Source: Squalus acanthias
Taxonomy: Eukaryota
Direction: 5' to 3'
Assembly: GCA_030390025.1 (NCBI GenBank)
Contig: CM059425.1
Span: forward strand, 171,928,001-171,992,000
Length of the DNA stretch: 64,000 nt
Below, in pieces: positions 26,961 to 39,636 of this stretch (its first letter is position 1; each line of letters begins with the position of its first letter). The notes beneath the pieces were generated by a model, which saw nothing but the letters and a program-made list of their open reading frames with translations, was not told where the DNA came from and did not search any database. The position numbers were made by a program, and so were the translations under genes.

Positions 26961-29011
26961 CTGGCAAGAATGGAAAAAATTAGAAAATAGAAAAATAAAC
27001 TGGGCTCAGCGTCATGCATATTTTCACCTCTTCATCGAGATTTATAATTGCATTTATATTGGAGAACCAGCTGTCAGTCCCACTGCTGTAAAACTACTTT
27101 TTTTAAAAAATATTTGCAGGACAGTTTCTGCAAGAGCCATACAAACTTTAAAATATTAAAGATAAACACACTAGACCAGTTTAACCCCACTAATTTCTAC
27201 CTTGCCAAAAAGAAACATGGATCTGTTATTTGAATAGACGATTACTCCAAATGAGGAAGCAACAAGTGTATGCTGGAATCACTCCCTGGTTTTATTAAAA
27301 GCATTTAAAATGTCTCTTCTTCTACCCTGAAATTAGGGTTCCCTCATACTGCACTACTGCTCTTGATGTAGAAGTCAAACTCAGCCCAGCAACAACCAAA
27401 TGCAAGTCCATTTTGTAGCAGGTGGGTGTTTTCGAACTGTTCAGGAAAAGCTACTTTACTGGATATCTCAATTGCCATATGCAGTAATATATGCCGAGAG
27501 CAGTAATCCATTTAAACCCCATCCCCGGAGGCCACAAACAGGACGGACTATCAACAGCGTCATGACAGCACATGGTTTCCCAAGAACTTATCAAGTTAAA
27601 CCATTCTCCTATGATCTGTGAAAGATAGATAATGACGAGTCATAGTAACATTATCATCTTAAACAGGCAAGCCTTTAGTTTGCCCTCATGACCTGCAATA
27701 TAAATGGTGTTTTACAGCTTTGGGACTGGGAGCTGTTTCTCCAATATAAATGCACTTTATAAATCTCTGTCCAAAGCAATGAAAATATGAAAACTTGTTG
27801 TAAATGTTGTCTAGTGCTTCAGTGCGTCTGTCCATCTCTAATCCAATCGGATTACCAAAGTCATTGTGTGGCCCAAATAGATCAATCCTTTAATACGTTC
27901 CTAACCCAACGGGACAATATAATTTCTTCAATTTATTGGCTAAAGCTGGGTCAGTCCTTATATGTTTTATTTGTGGTTCCTTCACTGTCCATAGGGCTAT
28001 TGTCAGTTGTTGTCGTCTATATTTGAGCGGTCAATCAAATCAATATCAAAAAAGAAAAGATGGAGAATAAGTTCCTTCCGATGTTGAAATTTATACTAAA
28101 CCATCTCATGCTTGTGATATCTTTCCAGAAATATAGTCTTCACATTCATGCCACAATAGTCTTGTACAAAAACTTTGAATTCAAACCAATTGCAAAAGGT
28201 TGCTGTCAATGTGTATTGCAGCCAGAATGTGTTCATAAAGCAGATGGACAAATTTCCCATTAACACCAAGTGATTTCTGCACCTGCCATAATCAATTTCT
28301 CAGTACAATATTAAAGCCTTTAGTGAAGTTTGTAAACAGTCACCATACATGCTGAATTACAGTGCTTTGTCTAAATACATTTTCTAATGGTAAATATCAG
28401 ATTTAATATTAATTATTTGTAAAACCAGATTTAGTGGTGCTATAAATCTTCCTCTGCTCTTTTAATGCACTTTTACTTTAACATGGAGTTCAATGGCAAA
28501 GTGACCAGCATTCACCACTCTGCTTTGTGGATTCATATAAAGGAAAGGACTTGCATTTATTTAGCACCTTTCACCCCACAGATTTCCAGCATTTGATTGG
28601 TTTCAATTGCTTTAGACACCTGATATACCTATTAAATAGCTTGCTGTCCCCAGAAAGCTTCGCAACAATGTGAAACTGCAAGCTAACATGCACAAACATC
28701 TCCAAAACATGAGTTGCTGATGCCATTAATTTTTAAAATAGGCAATCGACAATGTTGTTTAACCCCAAACTGAGTTTCTAAACCCTATCTCCTCTCTATC
28801 ACCAAGATCGCCAACTTCGACCTCCGTAATATGACCCGTCTCCAACCCTACCTTAGCCAGTCTGCCATGGATGGACACGTACATGCCTTCTTCACCTTGA
28901 CGCAATTACTTCAATGCTCTCCTTGCATCCACGACCCCCCAATAAGCTGCAGCTCATCCAAATCCAAAAGTCTACTTCGCTCACCATATCATGTACTAAC
29001 TCGTGCTCACC

Positions 29012-29451
29012 CATAGAAACATAGAAACATAGAATCTAGGAGCAGGAGTAGGCCATTCGGCCCGTCGAGCCTGCTCCACCATTTTCAATACGATCATGGC
29101 TGATCATCCAAATCCAGTACCCTGTCCCCTGCTTTAATCCCCACAGTACACATATCCCACCCTACCCCCGTAACCCCACGTATTTAATTCCCCCGAACAT
29201 ATCCCATCCTATCCCCGTAACCCCACATATTTAATCCCCCCCTAACACTAAGGGTCAATTTATCATAGCCAAATCAACCTAACCCGCACATTTTTGGACT
29301 GTGGGAGGAAACCGGAGCACCCGGAGGAAACCCATGCAGACACGGGGAGAATGTGCAAACTCCACACAGACAGTCACCCGAGGTCAGATTCGAACCCGGG
29401 TCCCTGGCGCTGTGAAGCACCAGTGCTAACCACTATGCCACCGTGTTGCCC
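29012..29451 (-). mobile_element. tRNA-derived V-SINE (HE1-like) with CR1-type 3' tail
   Basis: A box TGGCATAGTGG, B box GGTTCGAATC, V-domain CTGTGTGGAGTTTGCACATTCTCCCCGTGTCTGC...GGTTTCCTCCCAC, tail (TTCTATGT)n. Inserted in an old L2 fragment. Confidence 0.9.
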
Positions 29452-31238
29452 TACATTACCCAATGGCACAAATTTTAAATTCTTTGCTTGCTTTTAAATT
29501 GTGCCAGGCCATTGCCCCTTCCTAGCTCCATAACTTCCTCCAGTCCCATGAGCCACACGGTTCCTCCGACTTTCCCTCCTTTAACCCTACCATTGACAAC
29601 CATGCTTTCACAAAGCTCAGTCAGCTCTCTGTCCTCCCTAAATCCCTCGCCTTTCAGTCCCCCTTTAAAACCCAACTCTTTGACCACCCTCCCTGAATCT
29701 CTCCTTTAGTTCTGCATTCATTTTTGTCACATCTCTGAACCACCTTTACACACGTTTCAACATTAAAGATGCAATACAAATGCAAGTTGAAATTTAAGTC
29801 ACTAGAATCAAATGTAGTGAATGTCACCAGTACCACCCTGGTTGAGGTCACCTCCTTAACGGAGCATAGATTAACCATCAAACCTGGGTCCTTCCTGCTC
29901 TCCATGCACCAGATGGTGCATTCACCAACTGAGCACAGGCAACTCTCTCAGGAATTTAAGAGTTAAAATTACAATCTCCAAATTAAAAAACATGATAAAC
30001 TAAAATTGCATTGACAAACTTCTGGAAGTTGGACTTTTGTGAAAGGTCTAAAGTTACAAAAGAATATGTAACAAGTCTTGAAATCATTTATTTAGTTAAT
30101 GAATTTCCTTATTAAGGAAGACTACTCTGCAAGCGGATAAAGGATCCTCTGGTATTTCCTATACTGTGACAGTTTTATCACTTTAGAACAAAATGTAATA
30201 TTTTGTACATCATATTCCAAACATTAATAATTTGTGGACACCAAAAAAATGCTTTGATCTCTTTGTTCCGTTGCACAATGTACACCATGGCTTCGTCAAA
30301 CCAGTCTTTTCTCCTGTCCAATCTGGAGAATTTTTTTTGATCTGCTCGCACCACCTCCTGGATTTATTTTGTGCTCAAGACCAGGTTGATCTACATCTAT
30401 TGACCCCAGATTTATCTTCCCATATCCCCACCCCCTCCCATTACTAACTTGTGTGGCTATTTTTGCTTAGCAATTTGCAACTGCCTCCATTTTTCTTTCA
30501 TTTCCAAAATTTTCCAATATTGCGTCATCTCTTTATTTGTATTAACTACGTACAAGATAGTAAAATACAAAAATTAAGTTGTGAAAAATTTCTCCACTTC
30601 CATCTGATCCTTTAAGACCGACTTTAAACCTCAACTCTTCAACCAAGCTTTTGAACACCCCTCTGGATCTCTCCTTCTTTGGCACGTTATCTATTTTCCT
30701 CACATTGATGTAATGCACTGTGGAATTTTTTTTTCTACATTAAAGATGTTATATCAATACAAAACTGTTGTTGCTGATGCACTTTGAATGCTTTTCAAAG
30801 CTGGAGTTAAGACGCATTTTCAGAACAGAGTACGCTAAATTTTACTCTGAGTTAAATGCCAATACTGAATGGCAATTATGGAATGTATTCTCCAACACCA
30901 ATATACCTGGCCTGAGGAGGAAAAAATAACATTTCTGGGTGTAAAATTACCCTGCTTCTAAGGAACGAGGTTCACCGCATTAGCTGGGATGAACTGGTGC
31001 GGTTCCAGGCAGACCAAAGACCCATGGCAAATATGGCACGAGAAGGATCACTTCACATACTTAACAGCTCTGATGACAACTTCAAGGCTAAGCGACCAAT
31101 GCCTCTCATCTCTCCTCTCCCTCTAACATACCTGACCATGATTGAAATATGATCACAGCAAATACTGGTTCAAGTGAATGCAAAAAGCTGTAGAATTAAA
31201 ACTTGAAACACAATATTAAAAAGTAATGAAGTGAAGAC

Positions 31239-31496
31239 CTGTTTTAAGGATTCATCTGTAAGCTTATCCTGGTTTCCCACGTGTACTTTCTGCAGGAAAG
31301 GGCAATGGCAAGCAATTGCAATGAGAGAAATGTCACTGAGCTGTTTGCATCGATATGCTACATATTTCTGCAGTCCTGGGCTCTGCGATGCTATGGAACT
31401 CACTCCTGTATCAGAGATATTTCGACAATCGGAAACATTAATTTGGATTGTGTTTCGGTTCTTTGATGCAATTCGCTTAAGTACATCATCGTTGAT
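31239..31496 (-). CDS. FBXL17: FBXL17-family coding exon 3 (258 nt, leucine-rich repeats)
   Basis: Translation INDDVLKRIASKNRNTIQINVSDCRNISDTGVSSIASQSPGLQKYVAYRCKQLSDISLIAIACHCPFLQKVHVGNQDKLTDESLKQ. Acceptor TTTGACAG|, donor CAG|GTCTTC (weak), phase 0. Confidence 0.92.
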
Positions 31497-32196
31497 CTGT
31501 CAAAAAACAAGAATACAAATGCTTTATTTTTAGATTTGCGCAAAAATTAATTCAATTATCAATATTAACTTTTCAATATCATACTAAATGGAATCTGTTC
31601 AATTTTCATCTCGGGACTTCTACTTACCAGGGCTGAAGAAACACTTCTTCCAGGGCCTGATCACTTAAAACAACTAATAAAACCTCTAATGTACACCAAC
31701 AGCTACTGTTACCAAGTGTGAATATACTAGAATGTTTGTGTAATAAGATATTACTTCTTGGAACAAAAAACAACACCTAATGTCAACATTAAGCACTCCC
31801 AGAATAGGTGTAACACAGACAGAGTAATGCAGCCAGAGTAAAGCCTCCTCCACTTTGCCCCATCAAGATGTTTTAACCCAACAATCACCAGTTTTCCCAT
31901 ACTAGCCATTCTCAGTTTGGTGGTCAGATTTTGACCATTTCTACACGGTGGACCTATATCCAGGGGGAATTGGGTTCAGAATATTCAAACTCATTTCATA
32001 TATAGCCAGAAGAGACTTTCATCCCAACAAACTGGACTGGATTCAGCCCCAGGTCCCAGTGCTGGCCCAGTAGAATAATTAATCCCCTAAGACTGTTGTT
32101 TTTACAGATGGATTAAAAAGTACAATCTAAGTGACACAGTTGAGAGCTAGAAACCAGCTGCCTAGATTTTAGTTGAAAGAACATTGGGGAAAACGT

Positions 32197-32938
32197 GGGC
32201 CTGGATTTTGCGGTCAGTGTCGAAGTGACGCCACTTGCCGCTGACCTCGAATAAAGATGCCCAAAAAGATTTAGTGAGCTCTGTAGCGTCGCTTTCCCGT
32301 TTTCCGACGTGACTTGCCATCTATAGGGGATCTATGGCATTCAGCAACAGTGATGTCAGCAAGCATGCCAAGTAGCCAATCATATTGAAGAATTCTCTCA
32401 GACAGCAAACCAGGAAGTCTAAAGCAGGTTTTAATAATTCACTTTTTAATAATTTTACAGCAAGCAAAATAAAGATTGGGACATACATATGGGATTAAGG
32501 TAGAAGCTGAAAAACAAACTTAAAAATATTTTTTTTTAAATTTAAATTTATGGAATTATCATGGAATGGAGAAAATGACACTCCACAATATAGAATTCGT
32601 TTTCTAGGGCCAGAAAGGTTGTTCAGCAGTAATTATGACTTAGTACGCCATTAAAAACTCAGTTGCACCTCATGAAACAAGGCTTAACTTTTTCAAGGGT
32701 TTTTACAGCGAGAATAGTGCTTAAAAGGTTCACGCCAAATCAAGTGATTTCAAATTGATTCCTTCTGTGAACACTGCAACAGAGCACCTGCGGAGGAGCA
32801 GGGTATCACTGACAGCAACTTTCAGACTTCCACATTTAACTGCACATATATGGACACCAGAAGTTGCTATCAGTTTCACAGAGTAACGACAGTGAACAAT
32901 GACAGTTCTGTCGTCATTACAACCGCAAATTCCAGACT
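32197..32938. mobile_element. Non-autonomous DNA transposon with GGGCCTGGATTTTGCGGT-type TIRs
   Basis: Ends GGGCCTGGATTTTGCGGT and ACCGCAAATTCCAGAC. The interior aligns by eye with ~39040-39636. Confidence 0.65.
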
Positions 32939-33254
32939 ATTGTGTTTTTTTTTTAAAAACACATCACATTTTCAATGTTCGGTTCCCCATTCCATTCCCT
33001 TAATCATATGCCTGATCCACAACCAACCTCAATTCACAAACACAACCTAAGTTACTTTTCATCAAGAAATAGGGATATCAGGTTATCAAGAAATCGAAGT
33101 TCTCAGTTAAATCTTAATTGTGTTTTTTAACTATGACTATGAACAAAGAAATAACTGAGAACGATGATAACAAAGGCAGGACACAGAAGTCCTATGCGAC
33201 TGGGAAATCAGAACTCAAGCAGATGCAAGAAGAAAAAGCTGGGGTGCAGGACTA

Positions 33255-35750
33255 AATTGATCAGTAATCATGGGGGCCTTTAATCTACATATAGACTGGG
33301 CAAACCAAATTTGCAGTTACAGCATGGAGGACGAATTCATGGAATGTATGCAAGATAGTTTTCTAGACCAGGATGTTGAGGAACCAACTCGGGAACAGGC
33401 TATTTCAGATCTAGTATTGTGCAATGAGAAAGGGTTAATTAATAACCTTGTCGTAAAGGGGCCTTCAAGGAAGAGTGGCCATAATATGATAGAATATTAT
33501 ATTGAGTTTGAAAGTAATTTAGTTAAATCCGAAACTAGGGTCTTAAATCTAAACAAAGATACATAGGTATGAGGGGTGAGTTGGCTGAGGTAGATTGGGA
33601 AACTGCATTAAAAGGTATGACGGTAGAGAAGCAATGGCAAGCATTTAAAGAATTAATACATAATTTACAACAAATATACATTCCTTTAAGGCACAAAAAC
33701 CCCACAGGAAAAGTGGTCCAACTGTGGCTAACAAGAAAAGTTAAAGATGGTATTAGATCAAAGGAAGAGGCTTATAATGTTGCCAAAAATAGTAAGCCTG
33801 AGGATTGGGAGGATTTTAGAATTCAGCAAAGGAGGACCACGAAATTGATAAAGAAAGGGAAAATAGAATATGAGAGCAAACTAGCGAGACACATAAAAAC
33901 AGACTGTAGAAGCTTCTATAGGTATGTAAAAAGAAAAAGATTAGCGAAAGTAAGTGAGAGTCCCTTACAGGCTGAGACAGGAGAAATTATAATGGGGAAT
34001 AAGGAAATGGCAGAGAAATTAAACAAATACTTCGTGTCTGTCTTCACGGAAGTAGACACAAAAAAACCTCCCGGAAATAGTGGAGAACCAAGGCTCTAGC
34101 AAGAATGAGGAACTGAAAGAAATTAGTATTAGTAAAAAAAAGTGAAAAAATTAATGAGACTGAAAGCCGATAAATTCCCTGGACCTGATAGCCTACATCC
34201 TAGGGTTTTGAAAGAGGTGGCTATACAGATAGTGGATGCACTGGTTGTCATCTTCCAAATTTCCATTGATTCTCGAATGGTTCCTGCGATTGGAAGGTAG
34301 CAAATATAACCCCACTCTTTAAGAAAGGAGGGAAGAGAGAAAACGGGGAACTACAGACCAGTTAGTCTGACACCACTAGTAGGGAAAATGCGAGAATCTA
34401 TTATTAAGGATGTGGTAACAGGGCACTTAGAAAATAATAATAGGACCTGGCAGAGTCAACACGGATTTATGAAAGGGAAATCATGTTTGACAAATCTGTT
34501 AGAGTTTTTTGAGTTTGTAACTAGCAGAATAGATAAGGGGGAACCAGTGGATGCGGAGTATTTGGATTTTCAGAAGGCATTCGATAAGGTGCCACACAAG
34601 AGGTTATTAAACAAAATTAAGGCTCATGGGATTGGGGGTAATATACTAGTATGGATTGAGGATTAGTTTATGGACAGAAAGAGAGTAGGAATAAACGGGT
34701 CATTTTCAGGTTGGCAGGCTGTAACTAGTGGGGTACCGCAAGGATCAGTGCTTGGGCCTCAGCCATTCACAATCTGCATCAATGATTTGGATGAGGGGAC
34801 CAAATGTAATATATCCAACTTTGCTGATGATACAAAGCTGGGTGGGAATGTAAGTTGTAAGGAGGATGCAAAGAGGCTTCAAGGGGATATAGACAAGCTA
34901 AGTGAGTGGGCAAGAACATGGCAAATTGAATATAATGTGGAAATGTGAAGTTATCCACTTTGGTAGGAAAAATAGAAAAGCAGAGTATTTTTTAAATGGT
35001 GAGATATTGGAAAATGTTGGTGTTCAGAGGGACCTGGGTGTCCTTGTACACAAATCACAAAGTTAACATGCAGGTACAGCAAGCAATTAGGAAAGCAAAT
35101 GGTATGTTGGCCTTTATTACAAGAGGATTTGAGTACAAGAGTAAAGACATCTTACTGCAATTATATAGGGCCCTAGTGAGAACACACCTGGAGTATTGTG
35201 TACAGTTTTGGTCTCTTTACCTAAGGAAGGATATACTTGCCTTAGAGGGAGTGCAATGAAGGTTCACCAGACTGGTTCCTGGGATGGGGGGATTGTCCTA
35301 TGAGGAGAGATTGAGTAGACTAGGCCTATATTCTCTAGAGTTTCGAAGAATGAGAGGTGATCTTATTGAAACATACAAAATTCTTACAGGGCTTGACAGG
35401 GCAGATGCAGGGAGAATGTTTTCCCCTGGCTGGGGAAGTCTAGAACCAGGGGTCACCGTCTCAGAATAAGGGGTCAGCCATTTAGAACGGAGATGAGGAG
35501 AAATTTCTTAACTCAGACGGTGGTGAATCTTTGGAATTCTCTACCCCAGAAAGCTGTGGAGGCTCAGTCGTTGAGTATATTCAAGACAGAGATTGATAGA
35601 TTTTTGGATATTAAGAGAATCAAGGGATATGGGGATAGTGCAGGAAAGTGGAGATGAGGTAGAAGAGCAGCCATGATCTTATTGAATGGCGGAGCAGGCT
35701 CGAGGGGCCAAATGGGCTACTCCTGCTCCTATTTCTTATATTCTTATGTT
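33255..35750 (+). mobile_element. CR1 LINE with most of ORF2 (stops and frameshifts)
   Basis: [53 protein letters not shown] and a 3' tail. Confidence 0.93.
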
Positions 35751-35987
35751 CGTTGTCAGCTCTTTCAAAGAGTCGGCACAAACATGACTGGCCGAATGGC
35801 CTCCTTCTGTGCTGTAAGATTTTATGATTCCAACAAAAGTCTAGTTAATTAGTATTAGATATGAACTTCCAATTTGATTTTCAGCCTAATACAAAAATAA
35901 AATACTGCAGATGCTGGAAATCTGAAATAAAAACAGAAAATGCTGGAGATACTCAGCAGGTCAGGCAGCATCTGAAGAGAGAAACAG

Positions 35988-36024
35988 AGTTAACGTTTCA
36001 GGTCGATGACCTTTCGTCAGAACT
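35988..36024 (-). ncRNA. Minimal type-I hammerhead ribozyme motif (intact)
   Basis: Minus strand reads AGTT-CTGACGA-A-AGGTC-ATC-GACCT-GAAA-CG-TT-AACT: stem I AGTT/AACT, core CUGANGA, stem II, GAAA, palindromic stem III. Confidence 0.78.
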
Positions 36025-36501
36025 GGAAAAAAAGCAGGAAATGGAACAGATTTTTAAGTGTAGGGGCTGGGAAAGGGGTGAGGGGATGAAAGAACAAAAG
36101 GGAAGGTCTGTGATAGGATAGAAGGCAGGAGAGGTTAAGAGACATTAAGAGATATTGAAGGCAAAAGGAGATAGAAATGGGACAGGTTAAGAAACAAAAG
36201 GATGGCTCTCGATGAAGTGTAAATTGCGCTGGCAGAATGAAAGACAGCTGCCATGTGGGAGAGAAGAAAAAACACAAACAAAAGGTGCGGATAAAAAAAA
36301 TATATATAGGATTGGGGCAGAGGTTATGATCTGAAATTGTTGAACTCGAGTCCAGAAGGCTGTACAGTGCCTAATCGAAAGATGAGGTGCTGTTCCACTC
36401 CTGCCTTCTATCCCATCACAGACCTTCCCTTTTGTTTGTTCATCCCCCTTTCCCAGCCCCTACACTTGCTGAAAAATCTGTTCCATTTCCTGCTTTTTTC
36501 C

Positions 36502-36538
36502 AGTTCTGACGAAAGGTCATCGACCGGAAACGTTAACT
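36502..36538 (+). ncRNA. Minimal hammerhead ribozyme motif (one stem II mismatch)
   Basis: AGTT-CTGACGA-A-AGGTC-ATC-GACCG-GAAA-CG-TT-AACT. Confidence 0.65.
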
Positions 36539-38289
36539 CTGTTTCTCTCTTCACAGATGCTGCCTGACCTGCTGAGTATCTCCAGCATTTTCTGTTTTTA
36601 TTTCATTTTCAGCCTGTTGAGTATTTTAACTAGGTTAGATAATAAATCAGTTTATTACGTACACGTGACTTTGCATCTTACTGGACTTGATAATGGAGCA
36701 GAGGAAAAATCATTAATCCCTAAAATTTCTAAAACGGTGAAAACTGTGACTTCTGTTTTATAGCATACCAGTCAATGTCCATATTCAGAGCTACAACATT
36801 TGTAGAAATAACTTTTCCCACAACCATCTATAGAAAGGAAATGCTAAACTTATATCCACACTTCTAATTTCCTCCACCTAAAGATGTTTAGGTAATCTGT
36901 TCTCCAAGCACAATTGAGCACTGTTCACACCATAAATGTAGTTTTCCATATTTTCTAATCTTACATTAACATTCTACACTGATTGAAAGTTGAACAAAAA
37001 TTGCTACATCATTAATGAGAAAATGACTGCTTAAAGTATTTCTGTAGCTGCTTTGGGGAAATCATGCAACACTGCTTTGGGCTGTCCTAAATAATAAATT
37101 GTTAAATTAAGATACAATTTAGTTACAGACTATTCCACTCTCAGTGAATGAATACACTTTTGCAAAGTTACATTTGCCTCCCAATTAATTTTTATGGATG
37201 CAACTTATGCAAGTATATAAAGGGCAAGTTTCATTTCAAGTGCGAGTTTTTCCCCATTCTACATAACCAATTAAAATTCCCAGTTGCCACCTTTACAAAT
37301 ACTATCTTGAGTGATTAATTTCAACAGTCAGTTAACAACTGCTGCTCTATAACTGTAACCAAACTTTTTAACTAAAAAACATTTAATGGGTCTATTTTTC
37401 CTACAGGTGTATATCCACAGCACACTTCAGGATATGAATGCAACACAAAAGAATGAGTAGAAAAATTCTCCCACACAACACTTCCAGAGCCAACCAGCGA
37501 GCAATAAATGACGTCAAAAATAAAACGAACAGGAATTTTTGGCATGCATTCGAGAAATGTGCCTCAGTAAAGTAGGTTCAATTAGAGGTAATGAAAAGGG
37601 CAACAGGGTTCACAAGTGCTTTGGAACAGCTTCAAGGATAATTTTAAAAACAGAATAGAAAGCTGCCAATCCAAATGTTCTTGATGCACATAGATCAGTT
37701 ACCTGACAAGAGGTAGGGGGCCAGAATTTGCAGTGGGTATGACAGCGTACTCTCAGTACACCGTCATACGGCTTTGAAATGGACCACAAGTTCGGGATTT
37801 CCGCATGCGCTTACAAATGCACTAAATCACGAATTTGCAATTTTTCAAGTTACGCCTTGACAGATGATCCGCATCACCTTGGAAATCCCAATTGCTGGCA
37901 CAGAGTTGGGCTAATTGCCCACCAACTGCCCAGTAATTACGTACAAAAATTTTATAGTTGATGCAAACAGGCACAGAGCCTGATTGGATGGAGACAGTTA
38001 CTCATTCTATAAGCTCTGAAATGTATTGTAAAACTGTCCAAAAAACACCCAAAATGATTAACGTAAAGATTTTTCAGATCTTTGTTTGGGCTCTGTTGTA
38101 TTTATGTTTCTATTACCTGTCCATGTTATTTTGTGTGAAATTTCACAGCGCTTGAACGATTTAACAGAACTCTAATTCCTAAATTAGATTTCAGAATTCA
38201 TTCCCAAATAATTTTTTTTAGGTGGGTCTGTGAGCAAGACGGAGCGAGCGCAAGAGAGTGAGACAAACAGACAGAGAGATCTTGAAACT

Positions 38290-38910
38290 ATTTTTTTTTT
38301 TTTAATTCGTTTGTGGGATCAGGGCGTCGCTGGCAAGGCCAGCATTTATTGCCCATCCCTAGTTGCCCTTAAGAAGGTGGTGGTGAGCCGCCTTCTTGAA
38401 CTGCTGCAGTCCATGTGGTGATGGTACACCCACAGTGCTGTTAGGTAGGGAGTTCCAGGATTTTGACCCAGCGACGATGAAGGATCGGCGATATACTTCT
38501 AAGTCAGAATGGTGTGTGACTTGGAGGGGAACTTGGAGGTGGTGGTGTTCCCATGCGCCTGCTGCCCTTGTCCTTCTCGGTGGAAAAGGTTGCAGGTTTG
38601 GGAGGTGCTGCCGAAGAAGCCTTGGCGAGTTGCTGCAGTGCATCTTGTAGATGGTACACACTGCAGCCACGGTGGAGGGAGTGAATGTTTAAGGTGGTGG
38701 ATGGGGTGCCCATCAAGTGGGCTTCTTTGTCCTGGATGTTGTCGAGCTTCTTCAGTGTCGTTGGAGCTGCACTCATCCAGGCAAGTGGAGAGTATTCCAT
38801 CACACTCCTTACTTGTGCCTTGTAGATGGTGGAAAGGTTTTGGGGAGTCAGGAGGTGAGACACTCGCCGCAGAATACCTCGCCTCTGACCTGCTCGTTGC
38901 CACAGTATTT
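38290..38910 (-). mobile_element. Non-LTR family 2 LINE 3' end
   Basis: TIYKAQVRSVMEYSPLAW, with the family tail and poly-A. Confidence 0.88.
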
Positions 38911-38929
38911 ATTCTCCTAGTCTTTAAAA

Positions 38930-39636
38930 TTATTCTGAAAATACATCGGGTGAAACGCAATATAAATGAAGTTACCAGTATTGGAGGGAGACACTTTCCC
39001 TTCTTCGTACTGATTCGAGCACCAGGCTGAAGAGCTGCTGTGACGTCAACAAGCTATCTAAGTAGCCAATCACATTGCAGAATTCTCTCATACAGGGAAC
39101 CAGGAAATAGAAAGCACTAATAATCACTTTTTAAAAAATTTACAGAGAGCAAAATAAAAATTGGGACACACACATTGGGTTAAGGTGGAAGCTGAAATAT
39201 CATGAACAACATTTTTTTTTTAAAGATAAAGCTTTTATTAATTTTTAAATCTAAATTTTTAACTTAATTGAGAAATTTGACATTCCCAATATAAAAATTA
39301 GTTTTTCAGGACCAGAACAGTTGTTTATCAGTAGTTAATACTCAGCTCACCATTAAAAACCCAGTTACACCACATTTGAAGGGATCTAACTTTTTATGGA
39401 GTTTCTAACAGCGATATTTGATAAGAAAAGAGGAAGTGTGTGTCATATCAGTGATTTCACTGACTGCCGGCTCTGGGATGGGGGCAGTCCACAGCGCATC
39501 CTGTAGCGGAGCAGTGAATGACAGATCACAACTTTAGGATTTCCGCGTTAGGCTGCGCATGCACTAAATCCTGAAGTTGTGGTCAGTATTCAAACGCTGC
39601 CAGTTCGCCATCATCAGGACCGCAAGTTCCAGGCCC
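38930..39636. mobile_element. Second copy of the 32.2-32.9 kb element
   Basis: Shared blocks GCCAATCA.ATTG.AGAATTCTCTCA and TTGGGACA...TTAAGGT.GAAGCTGAAA; ends GACCGCAAGTTCCAGGCCC. Confidence 0.65.

Larger units (their letters stand above)
35888..36604. mobile_element. Penelope-like fold-back insertion, family B (inverted terminal-repeat arms)
   Basis: Arms of ~210 bp in inverted orientation (~35910-36131 and ~36397-36604). 11-bp direct repeat ATTTTCAGCCT at 35877-35887 and 36605-36615. Both arms carry hammerhead motifs. Confidence 0.8.

Noticed and set aside
1..31100. FBXL17 coding exon 4 (expected HFGQC...QENKL-like)
   Set aside because: Not found by eye. It probably lies outside the window, but a tblastn is needed to exclude it.
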